From the NCBI RefSeq assembly GCF_037042905.1, contig NC_087251.1, forward strand, positions 5,210,001 to 5,274,000: a DNA stretch of 64,000 nucleotides, read 5' to 3'. The translations under genes were made by a program, and so were the position numbers. How positions within the stretch are numbered: the first letter of the stretch is position 1; each line of letters begins with the position of its first letter. The notes under the pieces were generated by a model. It was not told where the DNA came from. It did not search any database and was given only the letters and a program-made list of their open reading frames with translations. Positions 13,597-27,531 of the stretch are shown here, in pieces. The DNA is from Lytechinus pictus. Its lineage: Eukaryota.

Positions 13597-14120
13597 TATG
13601 ACTTGTTGCCTCTGAATTCCTAATTCATATCAGGTTTAGATGATGTAATTAAATTTAATGATATAATGATTTTCTTTAAGAACCTCTGAAAATTATAAAC
13701 TAATGTTATTAATAAACTTCATGGTTTACAATTCACTCTGCCCCTTTTTATGGAGACAATACTGGGCACCTTGATGAAGATACAGAGTACCAAGGGGCTA
13801 AGAGGAAAGGAAATCTCCGGAAAGCTGTAAGCTGATACTAAAAATAGGCTGTAGAAATAGGCTCCCTAATGGGGAAGACATTGACAGATCTTTCGAGCCA
13901 GCTAACACTCTCTCTCTTTCTTTTGAGGTAATTTAGCTGAAACAAGGGATTTAAGCTTCTTTATCTTACTCTTAACCAGAATCGTCTTTAGTGTGCTGAG
14001 AGCCAGAAGGATACTAACCTTGGTACTTGCTGAAAAATAGAATTAATTGCCTTCTCAACAGAGTGTTTATACATGAGAGTTTACAAAATGAAACTGGCTT
14101 GTTTTATTGTTGTATGAATC

Positions 14121-14852
14121 TCCTGGGGGGGCCACTAACATTGACTAGTGGATACCATGCGCGACCAAAAAACACTTAAAAAGGATGTCTTTTTCAAGAT
14201 AGGGCACGTTACGAATGTAACATGATAAGGGTGTCATAAACACTAAAATAATGAAAAAAGGGTATCTATTTTCGCTAGGAAAGCTATGTGTTAAGGGTCA
14301 AATTTGCGAGGGTGTAAAAATTAAGACTAAAATGTTTTATAAAGGATGTACTTTTGCCCCAAGAGTCAACACTACGTGTTTAGAGTACGATTTGGGTGAG
14401 ATGTGGGAGGTGGGGCCAGTCAAATATATTGTTGTACACATGCGTGACCAAAAAAACGTGTTTAAAGGGGTGTTTTTTCAGTTTTGGACGCGGTCCACGC
14501 GTGGACTCGTTAAGGGTATCAAAAACACAGATTTTAAAGAAAAAGGGTGGTTTGGAAAGACTGGTCAATGGTCAATCGCAGGGTCAAACGTATTTAGGGT
14601 ATGTTTTTCCCCCAAAGCTTTTTTTTTAAGACTAGCGAAACGTGTTTAGGGTATGTGTTTTTTTTCCAAGCTTTTTCCCCGGAGGTCATATTTTGGCGAC
14701 AACTTGTTTAGGGGCCAAAATGTGTAAACAAGGCCCGCGAAAAACTTGTTTAGGGGGTTATTTTGCACACAGAGAAAAACTTGTTTAGGGGGTGTTTGGA
14801 AATTCCTTGGTCAGGCGTGTGTACAGCAATATATTTGACTGGCCCCCCCGGG
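14121..14852. mobile_element. CCCGGGGGG-ended non-autonomous DNA element
   Basis: Ends cctggggggggccac / ggcccccccggg; internal repeats of acttgtttagggg; related copies at ~22293-22630 and 52521-52828. Confidence 0.7.
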
Positions 14853-15613
14853 CGTCTGTCGTCCGTCCACAATTTCAAAATGCTTCTTCTTTGCCATTTC
14901 AAGTCCGATTTCAATTCTGTTTGCTTTATATGATAGCACTAGGTGGGGGATTCAAAACTTTTAATCAGAATTTCGAAATTCATTAAATATGCTAATTTAT
15001 GCGCATTTTTCGAAATTCACAAAAAATGCTTCTTCTTTATTTGTTGACCGATTTTGAATTTTTTGCTTCCATCTGGTAGAGCTTCATGAGGTTCACCAAA
15101 CTTGTACACAAGCTTTTGAAATTTTCTCTAGAAAATTATTTATGCTAATTTATGCAAAATTTATTCATAAATCACAAAAAATGTTTTTTCTTCTTCATTT
15201 GTTGATCAATTTCAATTTTGTTTGCTTTGTATGATAGCTCGAGGTGATGATACAAAATTTCAACACAGACTTTTGAAATTCATTAAATATGCTAATTTAT
15301 TCATATATTTTCAAAAAATATTTATTTATTTGTTGATTGATTTTGATTATTTTTGTTCCATCTGAGAGCTACATGAGGTTCACCAAGGTTCTACAGAGAG
15401 TTAAGAAATTTTGACTAGAAAATTACTATGCTTAATTTATATGAAATTCATAGATCACAAAAAAATGCTTCTTTGTCATTTCTTCATCAATTCCAATTCT
15501 ATATCCTCAATTTATGTCACAAATCACTACAGTGTCATCGGGCTGAAATTAAAATTGTGTTAAATTTCGGTGCGAGATGCCGGAGGAGCTCCACATCATT
15601 GATGTGCTAGTTT
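14853..15613 (+). mobile_element. HINE/DINE-1-like (Helentron-derived) element with internal tandem repeats
   Basis: Starts gtctgtcgtccgtcc, has ~150-bp tandem units (aaaatgcttcttc...tatgctaatttat) and ends with a cacatca-t-tgatgtg hairpin plus ctagttttt. Confidence 0.6.
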
Positions 15614-16205
15614 TTGTTTTTTGTTCTTTGTTCTTTTTACCTTTTTTTGGTCAAGGGGTCAGATATATCATTTAGAAATACATGTAGATGTTTACATTTG
15701 ATTTAGCCTCATCTACACATTCATTACATGATACATGTTTAATGGTTTGTGAATTTTATGTGACCTTTACCTTCATCAATTTTCAGACAATAATGGTGTA
15801 GCTTCCAATATTAGATATTTTGGCATGGACAATAAATTAACTAATTGACAAGTGTCTTTTTCATTCAGTGACAGAAATGCTTTCATCAATTAGTGAAGAT
15901 ATTTGCTCTTTTTTTATCTCTCATTTTTGTATAATTGTTCTTTTTGCAATGTATTGAAATAAAACAATATTTTTACTGTTGAACAAAATGAATGATACAT
16001 TCCAATATACTTTTGTCAGTTGTCACTGCTTTGATAATTATGGTAGGCCTACATAAGATGATTACCTTAGCAAAATCAGGATAGAGAATATGAGCAATTT
16101 AACAAAATAATATATCTTTATAGTGCTTTTACCGTTAAAGTAAAATTCATTTGTAGTAAACAAATATAATAGTATTGAAATCACTCTAATGAATATATTA
16201 CATTA

Positions 16206-16815
16206 CCGTAAGGGCACTAGTATTCAACCCGTTTGGAGAGTTTCCTCAAATATATAGAAATATGGAATTTACCTTAATTTCAGACCTGTCTTATTTCCAA
16301 GAGCAAATGCTGGTTATTCTTTTTGCGTTATTTTTTTCTTCAACCCGTCGACTGTGTGCGCGGGCGATCGAATTATACGGCGATGGTTTTTGGCACTAGT
16401 ATTCAACCCGTCGGCACTAGTATTCAACCTAGCGATGAAAGATGGCCCTGTCTCTCAATCTGCCCTTGTCCCATCTGACTATGGATTAGACCATTTGAGA
16501 TGAGACCAAACATGGATTAGTCAAAGCCAGAGACTTACATAGATCTAGATCTAGTTTAGCAATCTAAACCATTTTGAGATTCGCTATCTATCATCACTAG
16601 GTTGAATACTAGTGCTATTCAGTGCAAAAGGTCATCGCCGCATAATTCGATCCTTCGCGCATACAGTCGACGGATTGATAAAGAAAATACCGACAACAGA
16701 TTACCCTGGAAATAACAAAGGTATGAAATTAAGATAAATTCTCTATTTTTAAATATTTGGGGGAATCTGTCAAAATCTTTGAATTATGCTGGGTTGAATA
16801 CTAGTGCCCATACGG
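16206..16815. mobile_element. Tc1/mariner (pogo/Tigger-like) MITE
   Basis: ta|ccgtaagggcactagtattcaaccc ... gggttgaatactagtgcccatacgg|ta; long imperfect inverted arms, with the gcactagtattcaacc motif repeated internally. Confidence 0.85.
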
Positions 16816-17029
16816 TACTGGGTTAATTTTAGGCCCACGTGAAATATTTGCCTGGCAAATTCAGTATAGAGTTTTTAAGGCATTATTTATGTTTTCTATT
16901 TTTGTTTGCAACATGAACTGAATTGTTGTTTATATGCTTCCACATTGACACTAGACAAATAATGTGATGAAATCGAGTTAGAAATTGCATGACATACAAT
17001 GTGAACATATTAGTTTTTGCATGTAATGA

Positions 17030-17272
17030 TTGAGCACCTATTAGGCAGTGCAGCGAAAGCTTGGTAATAGCAGCGCTTTGTATCCTCAGGGAAAAAAGCG
17101 CTATATAAGCACAGCTATCATTATTATTTTTATTATTATTATTATTGTTATTATTTTTATTATTATTACTATTATTATTATTATTGTCATTATTAGTATT
17201 ATTATTATCATTATCATTATTATCAATATTATTATTATCATTATTATTATTAGTAGTAGTAGTATTATCAGT
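17030..17272 (+). repeat. LINE/SINE 3' tail with expanded (ATT)n microsatellite
   Basis: gcgctttg...aaagcgctatataagcacagc followed by ~160 bp of (TAT)n, the typical L2-type tail; accounts for the poly-Ile ORFs. Confidence 0.75.
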
Positions 17273-18513
17273 ATGTTAAACAATATATTCACTCTTACTG
17301 TGTAAAATTCAATTGAATCAGTTGTTAGCTATTGTGCAGTAACCAACTAACCATGATTTTTAAATGAATAAGTTAGTGATATAAAGATACAAATCTTGAA
17401 CAAGTATTTCTGTTTGATTCACAAGGTGTCATCTGATCTTACTTTCTAAAGATACTGATTGAACAGCTTCTTATTTAAAAAAAAATATTAGGTTTATCAA
17501 AATGAGATAATATAATGTTTTAACTTCCTATTTTTTATTAAGCCTGGTTAAAGTATCTAGTTTCATTTAATGACTAGAATTGGAATGTAAAAGTGAAACT
17601 CTATTTGTGGGTCATTTCTCAACCAACTTGATTTTGTTTAACTACAGTAACACAAGAGAGAGAGAGAGAGATTGTTCTGAAGAAAACAAATTAACTGTAT
17701 CTATTTGGAATAATGCATGTGAACATGTCTTCATGTGACATCAATATTGCTTTTATTATTAACTTTCTATTAACAGGTACACATGAATTATCAAACCTAG
17801 CAGAAGTCTTAGAAATAGAAGAAATAGCTGTGGTTCATGAAAATTGATGAGTGTATAAAGTTGAGATCCTTCCAGGGAAGAGAAAAGACTTCAGTTGGTG
17901 TTTGGCTTCACATTATCATATGAAGCTGGATTAGTGTAAGTAATGAGAGGAATATGTAATGGGTGTATGTTATTTATCTATTCAAACAAGAAATGGTACA
18001 TATACATACAGATCATTATTCTCACGATTCATGTAGATGTCAGAATGTGCCTTTTTGATGGCCTTTCAATACAGTATTTTCAGTGTCTTTCCCTGTTTTG
18101 TTTTTAACATCCCATGAAGCCACCTTGTGTTAAGAAGAAGTATTACCATAGTATCAATGTGGAATCCATATTGTGGATTATTTTTTACTTTCTTTGTAAC
18201 AGAACCATCAAATTGTGCTAAGTGAAAGAAAAGTATCAGCTCTCACAAACTGTTCCCCATCTCATATAACAGAAACATATAGTTCATGCTTATTCTTGAA
18301 ATACAGGCATGTAACATAAATTTATAAGCATTATATACAATTTATAGATGCTATCCTGAAGCTATGGATGCACATAAACATTTAATTTAACTCTAGAGTA
18401 TGCAAAATACTATAATTTTCAACCTCAGCATGCACTATATGTATGAAAGAATATTCTGGAATAAATTATATCCGATGAAGATATTAACTTACTGTTTATC
18501 CTCAGGGTATATA

Positions 18514-19333
18514 CAGTGCGTCCCACAAAAAACGAAACCGAGATTTAGCGATGATTTATCATAACTTAATCATAAATACAATAGACAAATGACCTACCAA
18601 TGTAAAGCTTAGAATCTCCTCTTTCACCTGATATTACTTAGATTATTCCTCATTCACGCATGACTGAGCAAAAACAATTTGAAGAAAGGATACCAAAAAC
18701 CCATTTGGCGGGGGTATCTGAATTTTAAACAGAAAATCACATGCCTAAAAAGTTCAATATCTGCTCTTTTATTTGATAACTTAATCACAGAAAATGGTCA
18801 AGAAGTAAAAAAGTTATGTTCCCTCGAAACAATGCTTGTATTTCCATAATTTCATTAAATAAACATGTTTTCACTGGTTTCCCACAGAAGCTATCGCACG
18901 GTTAACAAAAGACTTAATGCATGGCTGATCGTCAACAAAACGGAGTGTCAAGTGAGTTTGAATGCTAGCCTGTAATAGCTCTTCATTTTATGAAATTGTT
19001 GAGATTCAAGCCTTATTTCAAATAACCAGAACTTTTTTATTTCTTTACCATTTTCTGTAATTGAGGTATCAAATTAAAGAGCAGATATTGAACTTTTTAA
19101 AAATGTGGTTTTCTTTTGGAAACCTTGATACAGCCCGCCAAGTGACTTTTTGGTATCCCCTCTTCAAATTGTTTTTGCTCACTCATGCGTGAATGAGAAA
19201 TAATCTAAGTAATTTCAGATGAAAGAGGAGATCCTAAGCTTTACAATGGTAGGTCATTTGTCTATTGTATTTGTATTTAAGTTATGATAAATTATCGCTA
19301 AATCTCGGTTTCGTTTTTTTCTGGGACGCACTG
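18514..19333. mobile_element. Tc1/mariner MITE with long TIRs
   Basis: ta|cagtgcgtcccacaaaaaacgaaaccgagatttagcgat ... atcgctaaatctcggtttcgtttttttctgggacgcactg|ta; inverted arms of about 300 bp. Confidence 0.9.
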
Positions 19334-20406
19334 TATATATATATATATATGCCTACATCCTACGAAAGGGCGAAGTCTATGAATGGTTTTATTCCATCAT
19401 AATACACATAGACGTAAAGACGAAGGTAGAGGGTGCTAAGGCGCATTACGAACATTGAAAGAAGACAAAAAAATCGCCTTAAACACAGATGTAGAGAAAT
19501 ACATATATATATATATATATCTTTTATCTTGAGATGGTTTCCATGGTAATTTGGATAATATATAATATTCAGAATTAGGAGGAAGTATATATGTGATGCT
19601 ATGGATATATTTGATAGCAATAAAAAAAGTCAAGTGTCATGAAGTATTTACAATACCTATCATCTGATGAAAATGAAAGTGAAACATGGATTTATAGAAT
19701 CAAAATTTATATTGATTAGATAGTACAAAATATGCTGCAGAATGTATGAAATATACATGTAAATATGGAATATTGGGTATCAAGCAGAAGAAAAGGAGAA
19801 TCATTTGTCTATGTGCTTTAGTTCTTGAAAATAACAGCTGTATATGTGATGTGATGGTGTCAGATGATGATTATGACATGGTTGGTCTACATTTATATCA
19901 GTATTCAATTTTGTATTTTTAATAAGGTGGATAAAGTCATGATTTGTGGAAGTCAAATCAGCTTTTTGAATAGTCATTTAGAATGTTCATTGATTTCAAA
20001 TAATGTATTTGCAGCTCTCAGCAGGCCATATTTTTATTTTCTTCAACTTGAAAGTGGAATTATACTTCCTCAGAATTTCACACGTTCTTTTGTCTGCTTC
20101 TGGCTAGTTGGTTGTTTGCTCCAAGTAGTGTTCTCTGCAAGAGAAATACTTTGTTTAAAAAGAAATAAATTGAAGTGAGGTATCAGATGTTGACTGATTT
20201 CCAGGAAACAGGGCTCATTGATGATGAGGAGGCTCCATCCTAATGACAGCATCCCTGTGTTTGTGATGGTACTCCCTGATTGGATGGTCATACTCTGGAA
20301 TATCATTAAACCAGAAAAAAAAACCACTGGAAAGAAGGAACTGTAAGCCGAGCTAGTAATTGACTGCTCTGTGATCCCCAGTACTCTGGGTTTTGTTTAT
20401 TACTTA

Positions 20407-20821
20407 AAGGTCGTTCAGACTGTTTCCCGTCACTCGGGGAAGGGGGAGAGAAATCTTATCTCTTTACGACTGACCATCCATACATCCCCCGGTGTCCGGG
20501 AGATTGGCACCGCGGGATGAGTGGGCTAGGTCATCGGCATGGTTACGTAAGGCGCGCCCGCACATGATAACGCGGGAAATGCAATTACTTGCAGCTAGCC
20601 GAGCACTAGCACAGTACCTGAGCGGAAGCAGTTCTCTTGACACCACATTTCGCGCATGCGCACTTATGATTAAAACAGGTGCGCGATCTCGGATTACGAG
20701 CCAAGGTCGCTCTTCCTTCGAAAAACCCGGGGATAGAATCGGGAGACGGGGGACAATCCTCCAGGCCGTCCAGACTGTCGATTCTCCGGGGGATGTCCCG
20801 TGGGACAGTCTGAACAGGGTG
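20407..20821. mobile_element. GC-rich Harbinger-like MITE
   Basis: tta|aaggtcgttcagactgtttccc ... gggacagtctgaacagggtg|tta; CpG-rich island in AT-rich flanks. Confidence 0.6.
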
Positions 20822-22292
20822 TTAGAGATAAGAACAAACCAGGCTTGCTTGTCAGAGCTCTATATGTACATGAGCCGGTGAGATGCTTCAACATCTGACA
20901 TACAAAAAAACATATATATATATATGTATGTATATATAAATGACAGGTATATTGCCACATGCACCAGTGTGAAAGTAAACTACTCAATATTCTCCTTGAA
21001 CAAAAAGCATGCAAGTTTATATCGGGTGATTTTCAAAATTGCAAGAACTTGGATTTTCTAAGGTTTCAGTGAATTTCGTATCGTGAAAGCATAGTATGAG
21101 AATATTTATTGAGTCAAAACAGTGCACATGTTTTGCATAGGACTGTTAGAGTATTTTAGCAAGCTCATTATTCAACAAGTTTTATGCAGGTATGAATTTG
21201 CTAAATATTTGAGACTTGACTGTTTTTGTCTAATTTTTTAGTATATTTATGCATCATGGGTGAAAATACATCTAGTCAGATTAAGGCGTGAAGTCAAAAC
21301 CCAATCTGCTCCCATTGTGAAACTGCTTCGAGAATATTTAACCTCAATTTTTTTTTAAAGCCCGTACAAAGCGTTAATAAAGGGTCAGAATGTGAATTAG
21401 ACTCAAGTCTCATCTAACATTCCAATATCAAGATTTCACATCACTGTCCTGTTTTTATTCATATTTATCATTACCTCTACCTCAGAAAAAGAAATTATTT
21501 TCACAATATAGATTCATAACGTATATAAAATAGAAAGTATTCAACAAATCATGCTGCATGCATATTTTTATCCTTGTTATTTTAAAAGACACTAGCTCTT
21601 AATAGAAAGCCTTTCTATTTAAAGAATAATTATGTATTAAAGTCTGTTTCTATTTTTAGTATAAACATGAACAAAAATATACTTACTCTGTAGTTGGGAG
21701 GTTTGAAAAGACATTATCTTGCAGTTACTGAAGGATTGAGTTATTTTTGGCACAGTGTAGCTAAATAAAGGTATGTTATGTGTATAGCATTACATGCATG
21801 AGTGATATGATTCTTAGGTTGGTGTCTGTGACTTACAACTTTCTAAAGATACTCTTATACATAGAAATTAGACAAGAGAGTTTTTATGGAGTGGGTATAC
21901 TTGCAAAGTGGGAGATATAAATGAGTTTAATGGATTTCAAAGGGTGAAGGCATTCAGAAGATATAAGAAAGGGTTACTGAATAGGAGACACAAACAAATA
22001 GGATCTCTGAGGTGAGAGGGTTAGTCCAGAGGCTTAAGAAATCCTTTGTATTTTGGATGATTGCAGTTATGGATTAGTACTAAAATAGCTCTTTGAGTGA
22101 ACTTGACCATTGTAGCTGTTACAAAACAAAGGACAAGGGAGGTCCCAGGGAGGTGGGTGGTTTACCTAGATTATATGAACATAACTGTAGGTAGACAAAT
22201 TAATGAGCTCTTCTTCAGTGTAGCTTTATTTTTTGAGGATCATATCCTTTTATGCAAACACACTCAGCTTGGTAACATATGCTGTGGATGTT

Positions 22293-22630
22293 TCCGGGGG
22301 GGGGGGGCACTTCCATTAACGAGTAGATACCATGCATGACCAAAAAAACATGTAAAAAGGATCTCTTTTTCAAGATATGGCACGTTACGTACTGTTACGT
22401 ACGTAACGTGATAAGGGTGTCAAAAATAATGAAAAAAGGGTATATATTTCACGGTCCAATTTGTGAGGGTATAAACATACTTTATAGATGTACTTTTTGC
22501 CCCAACACTACATGTTTAGGGTCCGATTTGAGCGAGGTGTGTGGGGTGGTACTAAACCCAATGAAAGTAAAGGTAAGGACAATGTCCATGACATAACAAT
22601 TAAGATATCGTACTTGTTTAGGGGGTCAAT
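22293..22630 (+). mobile_element. Partial copy of the CCCGGGGGG-ended element
   Basis: ccggggggggggggcacttccattaacgagtagataccatgcatgacc...gtgataagggtgtcaaaaa matches 14121-14400 and 52521-52640. Confidence 0.7.
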
Positions 22631-25600
22631 AGGGAATGTTTCAATGTAGTAACTCCATCTCTTGCTATTTGGTGAGTCTGTCATTTTCCAATGATATCAT
22701 ATTTCTGACCAGAGGTAACATACCTGTATGTCTGCAGTAAATGCTCTGGATTTCTCTTTGCCAAACGGGTATGTAGGTCTATGATTTTTCTGTTTCTTGT
22801 TGGCTTGGCAGGAAGAAATAGGAAAGAAATGTGCTATATAAGCATAGCTGTTCTGATTCCCTTCAATCTTTTTTAATTCTAAAAGTCAAGCTTTGAAAAA
22901 CTTTGTAAACCATAATTTTTTAAACAAATTGTTGATTTCTCTGAATGATTATCAAGATAAATTAAGACTTGTCATTGCAAGGTTAATGTCCCCAGATAGA
23001 CAAGCTACTGTACCATTAACTGGTAATTGGATTATTATTGAGGGGCGAACTATCAGAGATGATTTCTTTTGAATATACAAACTATTTCTAGGAAGATCTC
23101 TTAACAAGAACAACCTACATTCTACTTCTATGTAATCTTAACAGTAGTAGTCGTCCTTAATCATCAGACTTGTTAATATAAGCCCTGTTGATTTGATTGC
23201 CGAGATGTGCTCAGGACACCGATGAGTGAATGCACAGGCAAGTGCAACCCCTATTATCCCCTGTTTATCTTAATTTGGAATTTATTTCTGCCTTTTGTCT
23301 CTTTAACTGAGAATACGTACATGGTATTTAGTGATGGCTCATTCATGATTCTTTACTAATCCAGATAATTTTATATAAACCATATTTTACAATAATCTGA
23401 TATTAGCATCTTTTCCTGCATGCATATACTGTTCCAACAGTACTCCTCTTTTAGATCTTTTTGTCTTCATTTTGTTATGGTCCATATCATCGCCAAGTTG
23501 TATTTATTTTGTTAAACGAATCATATACAAATCAATGTATTATTAAAATTGTTGAATGCTAACCTACACATACACTACAATGTGATAGCAAAATAAAAAA
23601 TCATTTGATTAATGTGATTGATTTTGGGTAGATTTTTAAATACATATTTTTGTTTCATGGATCTACATAAGTCCTTGGTTGTATACAGGTGAAATGACAT
23701 TGGTGCATTTTACAAATTATAAATCTTTAATTTGTACGTGAGGACATTACACTTGAGGATACCCTTTTCCTACCCTACACATGAATTCCAGGAATCTTCT
23801 CCACTAGATGTAATCCCCTTGGAAATTTGCTCTGGTTTTTCCTAAACAATAATTTGTAACCTTTACCATAGCAAATGATTTTTGACATTTTGTGAAGATA
23901 ATTCTAGGAAAGTTCTCTTGTTTCTACCCTTTTGATACCCTGAAGTACGAGTATCTATATCGAAAACAGGTATGAACAGCTTTGGTTACATGTCAATGAT
24001 GGTAGGTGTCCAAGCAAGTTGACTAACCCACCCTCTATGACATCATCTCCTAAATAAGTACTCTACTGATAGTATCATGGTGCCCCTCTCCAGATTTGGA
24101 TCAGATCTTTCAGGGCAAAGAGATGGAGGGAAACAATATTCCAGGAAGTTTTATTACTGTATCTGTTATGACTGGCAGGGGAGAGAGAGTGGCGATGAAA
24201 GAGTCCCATGGGAATAATAGTCTAAACAGCAGACATTAATTGACTTTGTCAAGAATTTGCAAAAAAATTTGTTCAGATCAAACAGGACCTTCCTGTCAAA
24301 AAAATTAGAATGGTAGTAAACCAAAGAGATATTCACTGGATGCACATCTAAAAGAAAATACATCGTATGTCTTATTTGATCAGTGATCATCACTGCCTAA
24401 ACTGTATCTTTATTTAAAAAAAACATGATTGTTGCCAAGATAGAATATGTAATAAAGTAGGAAAAATCTGATAGTTGTCCTCAAAATTTGATCTTGCTTT
24501 GAAACATTGATAACATTTTATTTTTTCCTGATTGTCTTTCAAGCTACATGTAATCCTGCTTTTCTTATCTTTAAATCATTTAATTACATTCTTTCATTGC
24601 CTTTGAACGTTCATTCTATGCAAGTGATGATGAGGATCAGTATAGCCCTAAAGTTACCTTGTAACCTGACCTTAACAAATATATTCATCCTGCCTTCTAA
24701 GAAGTACATCAGGTATAATCTAAATCAAATTATATAAAGGATATACCCGACCTTCGTCATAGCTTGTATTGCTTTAACCTGCAAAGGAAATGTTACATGC
24801 GACAACACCTCTAAAAACACACGTTGGCACTGGGTGATTCGCCCTCTAAAATGTTTTCTCAAAAGAGCTTTTTTTTTTTGGGGGGGGTGGGAATAAGTGA
24901 CAAAATAACCCCCAGAGGATTTTATTTCCCCCTGTCAAGCACATGGGCCTGTTTGGATATTTACATGTACGATGGTTAACAATTTATTTCTTTGCAACAT
25001 TTCTCCTCTAATGAATCCCAACAAATCTTACAGAGTGAAAATTCTCACCTTTGCCAAGTTTGGAGTAATTCATATGGTTTCTGATTTAGAGAAACTTGTT
25101 TTATTTTTTTCTGTCCTTGAGATAATTGTTTCTATTAAAGTACAGGGTCCATTTTAAAGCCATAAATGTATTTATTAGATGGGGGAATTTGGTTTCATGT
25201 TTACACTAACAGCACATGGTTTTGAAATAAAATTCAAGATAATTAAAGCAGGTATTCAATGTATCCATCAGTATGATGTCGTGTTTGTTCTTCGAGGAGG
25301 ACAATTTTCTAGGCCAATCATTCTTGTTCTACAAATCTCACATGATGACAATTTCTATTTTTCATTAACTTTATTTTGGACGATATCCCCTATCTCACTT
25401 TCCCCCATGAATTTTTATATTCACAAGTTGAAGCTTACACACTTGTATTTGTCACAGAATGTAAATATAGTGGTATATTTCAGTCTCTGACATTTGAATA
25501 TGATGTTCTCCCTCCACCTTATACCTTTTGTTCAGGCATGTACATGTTCAGGTATACATTGTAGATCTTTATTCTTCACATATGGAGTTTGAGAGTGAGT

Positions 25601-26053
25601 GAACTGAAATCATTGTTTCCTATACTGGAGGTTGCATGCAATGTACGCCTAATTTATGTTCTTTTTATAAAAAATGTTTTAATGTTATTGTAACAGGATG
25701 ATATATTACTCTATTATTACGTAGTAATATATAGTACGTTCATTAAACATGCATGGTCAGCACAACGGGGGGGGGGGGGGGGGTTGCTGAAATCAAAACT
25801 ATTCAAGAAATGATGATGAGGTTGCTGTCTCATGTACATTGTAAAGTTCTACAAATATACCAACTGTTCCTTTTATAGGTTTTTTTTTTAAATCATATTG
25901 TGCAAATTGCTATTACGGGAATTATAATTCAATTCAAAGTTTATTTCAATCATTCAGTCATAGAAATACAAATATATACAAATTTGAGGAAAAACATGGG
26001 ATTGGGAGCCCCGGAAGTTTTTTTTTTTTTAAACATATGGGTGGGGCACCACC

Positions 26054-26417
26054 AGACCTGCCAACCAGTACGTTTTTTTTTTTTTTTTTAACTAAATCGT
26101 AATTTATTGAGAAAAATAATCTCTATATGTCTCTATTTCATAAAACGTGCACAAATATGGTTATTAGATCAATGTAATTTCAGGTAACTTGTTTTTTTTT
26201 TCAATCATTTGGTTCAAACCAGGGTGCAGATATACACATGTTTTAATGTTTTTTTTTTCATCTGCAAGAGCAGTGCGCATTTGAGCTTGCATGCAGCTTG
26301 AGTGCCGCGATGAGCGAGTGAGCCAAGCATTTTATTATGAAATACACTTTTTTTGGGAAAAATACAGTTTTTTTAATCACAGAATACAATTTTTCATTCC
26401 CAGAGGTTGGCAGGTCT
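26054..26417. mobile_element. Short-TIR MITE with target-site duplication
   Basis: TIR agacctgccaacc / ggttggcaggtct flanked by the direct repeat gcaccacc (26046-26053 and 26418-26425); this reads as 6 bp (caccac) if the termini are CAG/CTG. Confidence 0.8.
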
Positions 26418-27019
26418 GCACCACCATGATACAATTTAATACTTATCAATACAAAACATACAGAAAGAGTGAACAAGTAACAGCATTGAAATACAATGCA
26501 AAAGCAATATGGACTAATATAGAGGAAATAAACAAACAAATACGAAATAATAATTATGAATTCATAGTGACCTATAGTGTGCTATACATTACCTAGTTTG
26601 GCAAGATTTTCATACTTAGAGAAATTTCCATCTTTCAGAAGTTTTTTTTAAACTGATTTTCATCCCCAGATAACCTTTTTCCATCCCTCAAAATACGTTC
26701 TTTGATATAAAAAGAAATAAAACAAGTCACCTATGGGTAATCACCTCTCCATCAAAAGGCCTTGCCGCTAGCTTCAACATGCATCTTGCAACAAGTTAAC
26801 CAATATTGTGAATGAATTACACTAGATGTATTTGAAAAGAATAACAAAAAGTGTATTATCATAAATTATGACAAATCCTTAGGCAAGATATACATATCAG
26901 AGCATGTTGTTTTGGGATTAATGCATGAAAATATTTTTCATAAGTAACAGACTAGCAGACCTTCATGAAATCACGGCTCTCCATTTCTGTGCAAACAATG
27001 TGTCAGCAGCGGTTTAGAG

Positions 27020-27531
27020 ATTTGATTGGTTTCTGTCTCATCTACTGTGGCAAGCCTTCGATCGAAATGCTAATGGAGTTCCACGATGAAGAAAACCGCT
27101 TCTAAAAATAGCACACCTTCTATAACAGGAAACTAGTGGGTGGAGCTTAAGTCTGGGCAGGCAGCCAGTCACTAGCCAATCATGAAGCAGGATTCCTTTC
27201 TATAGTGACAGTGTGTGTGTGCTTGCATGAGATTGCTCCATAGTGGCTAGTGAAAGTGACTTGCGTTACATACTCAGATGCTGACTTCTAGGTATTGGAC
27301 AGTGTTATCTAGCTTGGTGATTTTCAAACCAAAAGACATTATTTATGTAGTTCCCTGGATCATATTTTATCACTTGCCAACTATCATGGAGTAATCTAGT
27401 ATGGTATTTCCTGCTGAAGAAAACGGTTCTTTGGGATTTTTCTATTAAGGTGTTTTTTATAATCTTAAATGATTATATAGAATATACTGAGTGGAATATT
27501 TTCTTGAGTTGACGTATTTTACACCTTTGTG
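27020..27531 (+). promoter_or_regulatory. Candidate promoter and non-coding first exon of the GPCR gene
   Basis: ATTGG (27025), GC-box-like GGGTGGAGCT (27138), CCAAT (27176), TATAG (27201), then a consensus donor G|gtaagt at 27532 that could splice to the acceptor at 32206. Confidence 0.45.

Noticed and set aside
17048..17305. Poly-Ile 'membrane protein' ORFs
   Set aside because: Translation of an (ATT)n microsatellite tail.
20464..21014. Overlapping ORFs of 60-129 aa; likewise 5933-6283 and 14251-14649
   Set aside because: They fall in repeat or GC-rich sequence; no recognisable protein or splice structure.
1..27000. Search for host coding exons in the first 27 kb
   Set aside because: No recognisable protein motif or phase-consistent exon chain; short exons could have been missed by eye.
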